Part shown: positions 1-8,085 of the stretch, in pieces
Numbering within the stretch: the stretch's first letter is position 1
How the letters are laid out: each line of letters begins with the position of its first letter
Assembly (NCBI GenBank): GCA_051532035.1
Contig: JAOPTW010000013.1
Coordinates: forward strand, 326,442 to 390,441
Source of the DNA: Fibrobacterales bacterium
GTDB taxonomy: Bacteria > Fibrobacterota > Fibrobacteria > Fibrobacterales > JAOPTW01
Reading direction: 5' to 3'
DNA length: 64,000 nucleotides
Translations under genes and position numbers: made by a program
Notes under the pieces: model-generated
The model's input: only the letters and a program-made list of their open reading frames with translations
Databases searched by the model: none
Told to the model about the DNA's origin: nothing

Positions 1-387
1 GGAATTCAAAGTAAATATTCAGAATTTGCTGCAGAAGTTATGGAAGACATTAAAAATCAAAATGGTGAATTCTACTATAAAATCGCAGTGAGCAATGTTA
101 AAGAGTCACAATACTTCGATAAGCCTATACTTCAATATATTAATAAAGAAGAATTTATATCTACTATAAAGGTCATTACCCCAAGTGAGTTAAGAAAAGT
201 ACAATATGCCTTTATAGAAAGATACAAGAATGTCACATCCTTTCCTGATTTAAACCAAGAAAAATATTGGTTACAGGATGTAGAGGCAGCATTAATGCAA
301 GAGGTCACAAATGCTAGCGGAATTTTAAAATATAGACTTAAACAGTTTAAGGAAGGATGTCTTGAAAAATCGATTAAATTACTGTAA
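1..387 (+). CDS. hypothetical protein, probably 5'-truncated by the window edge
   Basis: The frame of ORF 40..387 stays open back to base 1 (GIQSKYSEFAAEV then MEDIK...). No recognisable motif. A strong hairpin follows. Confidence 0.4.
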   Translation, partial: GIQSKYSEFAAEVMEDIKNQNGEFYYKIAVSNVKESQYFDKPILQYINKEEFISTIKVITPSELRKVQYAFIERYKNVTSFPDLNQEKYWLQDVEAALMQEVTNASGILKYRLKQFKEGCLEKSIKLL

Positions 388-392
388 AGTTT

Positions 393-429
393 ATACCCCT
401 TAATATTACTTCGAAATTTTAAGGGGTAT
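393..429 (+). terminator. perfect 11-bp inverted repeat (ATACCCCTTAA / TTAAGGGGTAT) with a 15-nt loop, terminator-like
   Basis: Read directly; starts 6 nt after the stop at 387. There is no clear T-run afterwards, so the intrinsic-terminator call is tentative. Confidence 0.4.
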
Positions 430-639
430 CGAGAGATGATAACAATAAACACTTTCTCTCTCACTAAAACAGCTGAGGCCGTCGACATTTTTACCACTGA
501 AATACCAAAACGGTGCTAACATTAAGTAGGTATCCTTTTAAATATCAAGCGATGAAAACCCAACATCCTTTGGGTAAATGAAAAGCAAAATAGAACAAAG
601 ATTTTATTATCTTTTTTAAATCTATACAAAGGAAGTTAA

Positions 640-2166
640 ATGGCACTTTTTAATTCATTGGGCTTTTCCCAACACCCCTTTAGTAAAACTAATGCTGATG
701 AAGAACCGGATTTAAAAGAATATTTCGTTCCTCCACCTTATTTTGATGCCGTTATTGGGGACTCAAATAATCCATCTCCAAGTATAATACTTGCTCCAAG
801 GGGGGCGGGCAAATCAGCATTAAGAAAAATGGTAGAAGCAGAATCAAATAAAAATCAGTTCCTTTCTGTTACTTATGATAGATTCGAATTTACAACTGGT
901 ACAGATATAGATGATATTACTCTCCAGTATCATCTAAGAAATATAATTACTAGGGTGTTACTTTCATACCTTTCTTATTTGTCTGAATATCCAGATGTCC
1001 AAAAGTCCTTATCTAAAGATGATAAAAAGTATTTAGGAGTGTTTGCCTCCACTTATCTTGGTGACCTAAATGGTGAAAGATTACAAGAGCTACTAAATGA
1101 TTTAAAAAGTCTGCCTGAAAAATTTAAAACATTTTGGAAACAAAATGTTGGTGTTATGGAGTCTGTTGTAAATTTTGTCCTCAAAAACTATGATTTGGAA
1201 AAAATCGATTTGCCAAACATGCAAAATGAAGAAAAGCGATTATCTGAAACATATAAGCATCAACTCACTACTTTGCTGGAGTTAGTAAGAAAAATTGGTT
1301 TTAAATCCATATACATTTTGATTGATAGAGTTGATGAAACTGAATTAACTGGTAATGACCCGGAGGCCACTTACAAATTGATTCAACCAATTATTCGGGA
1401 TTTAGATTTACTTGGCTTGCCTGGGTTTGGTTTTAAGTTTTTTCTATGGGATAAAATATTGCCTTTTTTTAAAGAGGATGCACGCCCTGATAGGGTTTCA
1501 GAATACAAGCTAAATTGGACGAGAGATAATTTAAAGAAAGTTTTGAATGAACGACTTAAAGTTTATAGTTCCAAAGACATTCAAAATTTTCAACAAATGT
1601 GTTCTGATCAAACAAAATTAAATTTAGATGATGCTATTTGTATTATGGCAAATGGTTCACCAAGGAATTTAATAAGGTTTTGTGAACAAATCTTTGCAGT
1701 GCAAGGAGAAAGAAATCCAGAATCTAAAAAAATAGATTTTGCATCAATTGATATTGGTATTACAAATTTTAGTGAGAAATTACTTTATGAAATATATCCT
1801 GAAAAACATGTAAAAGAAATACAAAAAATTGGAAGAGAAATATTTTACATCAGTTTTGTCGCATCTAAAATATTTAAAATTTCTACTCAAGCTGTCAGAA
1901 GTAAAGTGAAGGAATGGATAAATTTGGGAATCATAAAACAATCTGGAACGGCTGTTATAGATAATGCTAACAAACCCGTTCATATTTATTGTGTGATAGA
2001 GCCAATAGCAGTACGACTAATTTATAGACAAGAGCCCTTCGATAAATTTATTAATAATCGATGGTTGGTATGTGGACATTGTCTAAAGGATAATCTCATG
2101 GATATTTCTTTGTATCCAGAAGGTAATGATGCTACTTGTATTAATTGTGGGAGAAACCTAATTTAA
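640..2166 (+). CDS. P-loop AAA+/STAND-like (Orc1/Cdc6-like) ATPase with C-terminal winged-helix and CxxC...CxxC zinc ribbon
   Basis: Walker A APRGAGKS (aa 52-59). Walker B IYILIDRVDE (aa 224-232). Sensor-like GSPRNLIRFCE (aa 339-349). wHTH-like ISFVASKIFKISTQAVRSKVKEWINLGIIKQ. C-terminal CGHC(x18)CINC. RBS-like AAGGAAG upstream of the ATG. Confidence 0.75.
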   Translation: MALFNSLGFSQHPFSKTNADEEPDLKEYFVPPPYFDAVIGDSNNPSPSIILAPRGAGKSALRKMVEAESNKNQFLSVTYDRFEFTTGTDIDDITLQYHLRNIITRVLLSYLSYLSEYPDVQKSLSKDDKKYLGVFASTYLGDLNGERLQELLNDLKSLPEKFKTFWKQNVGVMESVVNFVLKNYDLEKIDLPNMQNEEKRLSETYKHQLTTLLELVRKIGFKSIYILIDRVDETELTGNDPEATYKLIQPIIRDLDLLGLPGFGFKFFLWDKILPFFKEDARPDRVSEYKLNWTRDNLKKVLNERLKVYSSKDIQNFQQMCSDQTKLNLDDAICIMANGSPRNLIRFCEQIFAVQGERNPESKKIDFASIDIGITNFSEKLLYEIYPEKHVKEIQKIGREIFYISFVASKIFKISTQAVRSKVKEWINLGIIKQSGTAVIDNANKPVHIYCVIEPIAVRLIYRQEPFDKFINNRWLVCGHCLKDNLMDISLYPEGNDATCINCGRNLI

Positions 2167-2394
2167 TTTATCCCACTTTTCATCATCAAAGACTCACCTT
2201 CACACAGGTTTAAACCCATCTCGTTATCACAAAACTTGACGACCCCAACAGCGGATATTACCCATGGGCCTTGAAGTGGTTCAAGGAGTATGATTTGATA
2301 TTATAGATGTTCAGTATGATAGACTGTGTACGCTAAGTTTAAACAGGGCTAATTAGGGAAGTTATAGCAAGCGGTTCTATTCTGTTTTTTATGA

Positions 2395-2646
2395 CTATAA
2401 CTCAACTGCAACACCTTCTTCTACAAGTTTTGATATAACCCTATCAAAATGCTGTCTGACCATATTGAATTCGTAATCAGGTCCAATTATAACGTTATGT
2501 CTTTTTTGGGAAGGTGATTTTCTATTAAAATATTTTCTAAATACGGCTTTGATGTCACTTTTATTACCGTGAATCACCCAGCCCTTTTGAGTCATTACGT
2601 TATAACTCATGATAATACTACAGATCTCATATTTTTCTATCATCAT
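2395..2646 (-). CDS. small hypothetical protein (83 aa; real start may be an internal Met)
   Basis: ORF only; no motif recognised. Divergent from ORF 2722..2958. Confidence 0.3.
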   Translation of the reverse strand: MMIEKYEICSIIMSYNVMTQKGWVIHGNKSDIKAVFRKYFNRKSPSQKRHNVIIGPDYEFNMVRQHFDRVISKLVEEGVAVEL

Positions 2647-2721
2647 TTATACATACCTTAACAGACGTAATTAGCTATTATTGATCATCGGCAATTATCC
2701 CCACCTTCCTGAGGTACAACA

Positions 2722-2958
2722 ATGAGCATTTTCGAGAAAATAGCTAGTCAATCTGATTTTATAACAAACATTAATACTGTTTTATCATTGCTAGGGTCGA
2801 AAAAACCCAAGACACAGAAGGATAGAATAGTTAAAAAAATAATAGAACGTGAAGCAGAAGTTATGATACATTCCATTCATCATAACTATTTGAATAATGA
2901 GCAAAAATTTTATAAAAAATTAATCTATCTATATCGTTTAGCTCAGAAATTAAAATAG
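2722..2958 (+). CDS. small basic hypothetical protein (78 aa)
   Basis: ORF with GAGG 8 nt upstream of the ATG. Lys-rich. No motif recognised. Confidence 0.3.
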   Translation: MSIFEKIASQSDFITNINTVLSLLGSKKPKTQKDRIVKKIIEREAEVMIHSIHHNYLNNEQKFYKKLIYLYRLAQKLK

Positions 2959-3096
2959 TTCTCTTTGATCTCGCTGTTTATCGAGTTTTTCACTTTACAA
3001 GCTGTATTCGCCTATGGTTAATGTGTGCTCCTATACGGCAACCGGCTAAGTTGATTATCAGTCGCAAAATAATTTGAAGTATTTGTTAGGAGTGTT

Positions 3097-3384
3097 TTAT
3101 TTGTCATTTTCCATCATTTTTTGATGCCAACTACAGTACCCGCCGTTATCTAATGCTGCAAGCATCTCACACCATGGTATTTCATCATGACATTTACACT
3201 CTTTTAATACAAAATGGTCAGTCACTTCTTTCTTAAATACAAATTTCTGTTTTTCAGAAAGATTATGTTCGCCACCATCATCAATGACCTTTTTAGTAAT
3301 AGCAATTGCTTTACCTCCATCAATCATACCTGAATCAAGTAAGCTCTGAAAAAAATCTTCGTATTCTCTGTCTTCAATTTCCAT
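3097..3384 (-). CDS. small acidic protein with a Cys/His cluster (possible Zn-binding)
   Basis: C-terminal CKCHDEIPWC...CSWH pattern. ORF only. Confidence 0.4.
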   Translation of the reverse strand: MEIEDREYEDFFQSLLDSGMIDGGKAIAITKKVIDDGGEHNLSEKQKFVFKKEVTDHFVLKECKCHDEIPWCEMLAALDNGGYCSWHQKMMENDK

Positions 3385-3973
3385 TTTTAACCTTTTTACC
3401 TAGAGTTATATTTCGTCCTTAATATACGTGATAATTCGTTAAAAATCAACATTGTGAATTTTTAACAGGTGTACTTGCTTGTCCCCCGTTTTTACCCAAT
3501 GTTAGAAGTAGAGGTTAAACCCTAATTGCATCATTCGAGGCTGCCGCCTACCATTACTCTTGTTCATGTTCAATAGTCTCAAAGCGAATATACACCACCT
3601 ACTTCTGGGTTTGTGGAAAGTACAGATTAAGAAAGAACATGATTATTCACAGGTGTTGTTGACCGAACGGGCCTCTGATGGTTTTGTTTTCTTTTGGGGG
3701 AGTGACTAGGCTATCGCCTTAATGGGCGATATTGTGCCTTCAGGCAATAGTGGAGAGTCTATGTCTTGACCTATTGGAAAAGAAGGTAGACAATTTCTGT
3801 CTAGTGCCTCATTATTTCTTTAGGGCTTATTTTTCCTGAAGAAGCTATATTTGAAGTGTTAGGAGAGCGATTTGAGCTTCAGCCAATTGGTAATGAAATA
3901 TTTGAAATACACCGTAAGTTAATTGGATTTGTAAATAATGGACATACTTTTAAGGGTCACAGATAATAGCTAT

Positions 3974-5053
3974 TTATAGTTCTAAAACAGGTTCCATATA
4001 GCAGTCAAGAAAATCTTCTGTTACACCTCTAAGTTTACGTTTCTGACATAAAGCATAAAGCTCCTCTACTGCAGAATACGTAAAATATCTGGTATTAAGG
4101 TCTTTGAATTGGGGTTTTGTTGCCTCTCTAATGACTTTGTCTCTATCTTCATCCGGAGCAACTATTACGTATCTCGTTGGAAATGGCGGGAACTTATCCT
4201 TAAAGTTTTTCATTCTACTCAAACCACTTGTTACGCCTGTAGAATGCTCGATCTCCATAACTGCGGGCATTAATGTTCCATTTTTGAACCATATGCAGTC
4301 TATAAGCAAAGCAGCTTGGGCAGCATCATCATATGCACTAAGTAATTGTTCATCTTTAAGTGATTGAATAACTCCATCATATTCGCCAATTTTTTTGTTT
4401 TGATATAGAATGCCTTTATCATTTTGCGCAATCCACGTTCTAAATTCTAATTGTTTGCCAATGAAGTAAAGTGCAATTTGTATTTGAGCATGTCTTCTTT
4501 GTATTTCAATATCTATTCCTTGTGTTTCGTAGTCACTTGGAATTGCGAGAGAATCATAGTATGCATCAAAAGTCTGCATTTCAGATATAACCATATCAGT
4601 TTCAATTTTTTGTTTAACACCATTTTGATGAGGCTTATCAGGCATCCACATTAGATGTTTATGGCCATCTTTAACTTTTGTCATTCCATCTTTGTTTTCT
4701 ATACGCCCCGGAAAACAAAAATAAAATTCAGGTGTATGAGATATAAGTGCTTCCAGGACACTACGAGTATTATAGCTTCCGCCTAGTGTTCTGTCAAAAT
4801 TTAAAGGTTGGTTGGGGCTGAAAGCATTGGCAATTCTCCATATCATTTCAGTAGAGATGGGAACGGTTTTTGCGTTGCTCTCGATTCCTCCTTTACTTGG
4901 ATTCCATCTTTTTACTCTAATTGGACCTTCAGGTAAATCAACACCGTCAATTTTGATTAAGGATTTTGTTTTTTCATTGATATAATTGTATGCAACATTT
5001 TTATCAAGTTGATTGATAAATGTAACGATATTGCTTGCAGTTAATTTTCTCAC
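3974..5053 (-). CDS. putative type II restriction endonuclease (partner of the adjacent C5-MTase)
   Basis: GTG start 3 nt after the MTase stop (TAG-GCC-GTG), same strand. PD-(D/E)xK-like IDCIWF...VMEIEHS segment. The function is assigned mainly from gene context. Confidence 0.55.
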   Translation of the reverse strand: MRKLTASNIVTFINQLDKNVAYNYINEKTKSLIKIDGVDLPEGPIRVKRWNPSKGGIESNAKTVPISTEMIWRIANAFSPNQPLNFDRTLGGSYNTRSVLEALISHTPEFYFCFPGRIENKDGMTKVKDGHKHLMWMPDKPHQNGVKQKIETDMVISEMQTFDAYYDSLAIPSDYETQGIDIEIQRRHAQIQIALYFIGKQLEFRTWIAQNDKGILYQNKKIGEYDGVIQSLKDEQLLSAYDDAAQAALLIDCIWFKNGTLMPAVMEIEHSTGVTSGLSRMKNFKDKFPPFPTRYVIVAPDEDRDKVIREATKPQFKDLNTRYFTYSAVEELYALCQKRKLRGVTEDFLDCYMEPVLEL

Positions 5054-5056
5054 GGC

Positions 5057-6193
5057 CTACTTCTTTTTATCGTTAGTATTCTCTATAAAATATAAGATAG
5101 TTTCTGCTAGCCCTTTTGCGGCTAAATATGGGACCCCATTGCCTATGGTTTTAAACATATTTGTTAAAGATATATGGCTAGGTATGACAAAATTTTTAGG
5201 TAACGACTGAACTGCAAGTGCTTCGGCGGCGGAAATACGCCTTGCTTTATAGGGATGTATATGCACTTCATTGTTGCCATAGGCGGCTGTTGGTGAGTAC
5301 CTCCAACGATGTAATCGTTTGTACGATTTCTTTAAATCATCACCTTCGTCAATCTTTTTAAATTTTACAAGACCAGCCCTAGGAGTGAAGTGGTGTTTCG
5401 AATTTGGATGCTCTTCAACTTTGTTTTTCTGGAACCAATATTCTACAGTAAGTTTCTTAATTATTTTAGCTGGTGGCGAAGTAACAGAACCTTCTTTGAA
5501 TTTATCTAAGGAAGGCCATGGCTTATTCAATACATCTTTTGCATTATAAATATTTTTTTCATCCCAACAGAAGGAAGGAATTGTGGAACCATTAACTTTT
5601 AATCCCATAGTCTTTAGTGTTTCTTTCTTAAAGCCAATTAAAATGATTCTTTCGCGGTCTTGTGGTGCACCATATTCGAGGGCATTAATCAGTTTTTCAG
5701 TAAGACAATAGCCATTTTGAATGAGCTTATTTTTCATAGATTCAAAAAATTCACGATGTATTTTAGTTCTATATAACCCTTTAACATTCTCAAATAGAAA
5801 GAAGTCGGGTAAGTTTTTTGTGATAAGTTCAATGTATGTAGATGATAGTATTCCATTCTCACCCTTTATTCCTTTATTCTTTCCGGCAACAGAAAAGTCA
5901 GGGCACGGAGGTCCGCCAATGAATCCTATAAGATCAAAATTTTGTTTGGCATCTAGCATAGACTGTTTTAAAAATTTCGCTTCATCCTTTTTTAAGAAAT
6001 TGGTTATATCGCCAATGTGGTGGCCGTATCTCGGGTGTGGGATCTCTTTAAAGCCTTCCCTTGCACCTTGGTAAATTTCCATGAATGGAGCATGGAATTC
6101 ATTAACAAATACAGTTTCAAAATTTTGAGTAGTTTCAAAGCCGAGGTCTAAGAAGCCGGCTCCGGCAAAAAAGGAAAAAATTCCTGTTTTCAT
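5057..6193 (-). CDS. DNA (cytosine-5)-methyltransferase
   Basis: Motif I FSFFAGAGFLDLGF. Motif IV GGPPCPDFS. Motif VI FLFENVKGL. Motif VIII QDRERIILIGF. Motif X TIGNGVP. Confidence 0.95.
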   Translation of the reverse strand: MKTGIFSFFAGAGFLDLGFETTQNFETVFVNEFHAPFMEIYQGAREGFKEIPHPRYGHHIGDITNFLKKDEAKFLKQSMLDAKQNFDLIGFIGGPPCPDFSVAGKNKGIKGENGILSSTYIELITKNLPDFFLFENVKGLYRTKIHREFFESMKNKLIQNGYCLTEKLINALEYGAPQDRERIILIGFKKETLKTMGLKVNGSTIPSFCWDEKNIYNAKDVLNKPWPSLDKFKEGSVTSPPAKIIKKLTVEYWFQKNKVEEHPNSKHHFTPRAGLVKFKKIDEGDDLKKSYKRLHRWRYSPTAAYGNNEVHIHPYKARRISAAEALAVQSLPKNFVIPSHISLTNMFKTIGNGVPYLAAKGLAETILYFIENTNDKKK

Positions 6194-6668
6194 ATAATAG
6201 TCTTTGTTTTGGGAATATTTAAAAGGTAAAATATTCCCTCAAAATTACCATGAAGAGATACCTTTCCTCCATTTTATATCAAAGAATTTATTGGTATAAA
6301 TAATAATTATCGCTGTAAAATCAATAAAAACTCAAACAAAGGTCTCTTTATTAACTAAAACAGCAAAATGTAGTTTTACAGGTGATAATACATTTTAGGG
6401 AAGTAGGTTTTTAAATATCAAGGTCTAATTAGCTATTTGAAAAGCACCTCCCCTCCCCTCACATCAAATCAATATCAAATCAAGGGGTCCAATACCATAT
6501 TTATAGCACCTCCTCTAGTCAACAATCACAAGAATAGTACATACAACCCATCTTCCGAGTTCAAACAAAATACGCCCTAATCATTTTGAGGAAAGATTTT
6601 CTATATAACCTTGAGTAAGCCCTCTGGCTTGATTCCAAGCGCCCCAAGTATGGCTTCTCGCTATCGAT

Positions 6669-6698
6669 AGAGCCTCCCCCTTTCACACCGGATGAGGT
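6669..6698. repeat. C-rich direct repeat, copy B (cctccccctttcacaccggatgaggt)
   Basis: Matches copy C at 24 of 27 aligned columns by eye. Weaker relatives lie at 6439-6472, 6505-6530 and 7914-7935. Confidence 0.45.
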
Positions 6699-6783
6699 AT
6701 ATTTTAGAGAGGTAACAGCGGAAATGGCGATTATATCAAACTAAAATACTAGTTTTGGTTGTCTCATGTATTCAGCCACTATA

Positions 6784-6879
6784 TTAACTAAAAAGCTTTA
6801 ACACTCCCCAAAATATAATTGATATTAAACCCCAGACCATTAAAACTCCTAAATAATACTCCAGCTTTTGATTACTCAT
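6784..6879 (-). CDS. possible 31-aa hydrophobic peptide (MSNQKLEYYLGVLMVWGLISIIFWGVLKLFS)
   Basis: Below the ORF-track cutoff; found by hand translation. One predicted TM helix. AAGG lies about 9 nt upstream of the ATG. It sits between repeat copies B and C. Confidence 0.2.
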   Translation of the reverse strand: MSNQKLEYYLGVLMVWGLISIIFWGVLKLFS

Positions 6880-7016
6880 AATTGCTACCTTTCGAATTTA
6901 TAAGGTTTAACGATTAATATTATCTTTTTGTTACCTAATACCGAATTTTAAGTGTCTATTATCAAATTAATTAAAACATGATCAACCTGCATAACTATAG
7001 CATGTAAAGAAATTCA

Positions 7017-7051
7017 AAAGCAGCCCTCCCCCATTTCACACCTGATAAGGT
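7017..7051. repeat. C-rich direct repeat, copy C (aaaagcagccctcccccatttcacacctgataaggt)
   Basis: See copy B. It also shares the aaaagca-cc-tcccc...tcaca prefix with 6439-6472. Confidence 0.45.
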
Positions 7052-7184
7052 CTTTCATTCCTGCTTGTGATACGCCTCTTCTGCCTGGCATACTCATTCC
7101 GCTATAATAACGGATAAAAGTAGACTCAAGTAGATGCCGCTATATTGATTGTACCCAAAATATAATAGGAGTGGTGTAGTATGA

Positions 7185-7447
7185 TCACCGTACAAGTGTC
7201 AATCCAATTGGAGTACTTGTTCCATTGATGAGAGAGTATATAGTGGATTTTGAAAAGCCGGTATAGCTCCGAAATTGATCGATGCCCTGATACATTCCAT
7301 TATCTATTGCTTGAAGAAGACTATTATGAACATTACTGAAAATAGCTTTTACGGCTTTTTTCTCTCCAACGGTAATTTCTTTACGTTTCCCGCTTAGTAT
7401 CCGGTAAGTTCGCTCATGGTAACCCCAAGGGCGTCCCTAATTCGCAT
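7185..7447 (-). pseudogene. frameshifted XRE/HigA-like HTH remnant
   Basis: MRIRDALGVTMSELTGY* continues in another frame as ILSGKRKEITVGEKK...FSKSTIYSLINGTSTP...*. The length is 263 nt, not a multiple of 3. One missing A in GGA(A)TAC would restore LGVTMSELTGILSGKRKEIT, a typical HTH_3 pattern. Confidence 0.3.
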
Positions 7448-8085
7448 TAGAAAGATATATGTATACTATTGAAAGAGTCCCCCTTGCCCGAGTTAACACA
7501 GGGTCTCTAGCCCAATACCACGACCACATCAAACAACAAATTGTTGCTGGTCCTTATGGTGAGCCATGGATGGAGCACGTACTGAGTACCCCGTTGGATA
7601 TATTCCTTAATTATTTGTATCAAAGTGACTACCTGAGCAAAAGGTTTTAGTGTGATGAAAGAAAGAACCAGGATGAGGGAGGTGTGTATAGGAGCACAAT
7701 AAAGTAGAGGGGGCTTGGTTACCATACGATGCCCGATCGTGGAAGAGTGGCTATATGTGACATACAGACCTATAATGATGATCAAATAACTGAATGTGGA
7801 AAATACTGTTCTACGATAGACAAAGTGAAAAAATACTGTGGCCCTCACTCAAGTCATGACCCTTGCTCCAGTCCATTAGCTGTGTGTGTGCCTGGGTGTT
7901 TTTATTAGGCAAACACCACTCCCCCATCACCTCCCAAAAACACCAACAATAACCCCATTTTCGTCCAAAATCACCCACCCCACTGAACTCTACGGGTCAA
8001 AATAACTTACATTTACCTGCGGGGACATACATTATGTGATTTTCACACAATCACCTGATGATATACATACATAGTTGGGGAACTA

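Noticed and set aside
2205-2345. Two GTTTAAAC palindromes 130 nt apart downstream of the ATPase gene
   Set aside because: The flanks do not form a convincing inverted or direct repeat. An AT-rich 8-mer occurring twice in AT-rich DNA is not compelling.
3700-3810. Cluster of short hairpins (ATCGCC-N6-GGCGAT, TGCC-TTCA-GGCA, TAGACA-N5-TGTCTA) as a possible ncRNA or retron-like element
   Set aside because: The stems are only 4-7 bp. There is no RT gene or known RNA motif, and such hairpins are expected by chance in 600 nt of AT-rich spacer. The adjacent open frame 3806-3966 (…FPEEAIFEVLGERFELQPIGNEIFEIHRKLIGFVNNGHTFKGHR*) lacks a start and may be a gene relic.
7459-7848. ORFs 7459..7650 (+) and 7507..7848 (-) in the gene desert; also the idea that the minus-strand ORF is a HigB-like toxin upstream of the HTH remnant
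   Set aside because: They overlap each other and have no RBS or motif. I translated all three minus-strand frames upstream of 7447 and found nothing RelE/HigB-like. The frame that ends in a TAATG overlap with the HTH is open for only 19 codons.
8035-8047. Perfect palindrome TGTGA-TTT-TCACA about 40 nt upstream of the BNR gene (CRP-like half-sites)
   Set aside because: The spacing is 3 nt rather than the 6 nt of CRP/FNR sites, and there is a single occurrence. It cannot be supported as an operator without comparative data.
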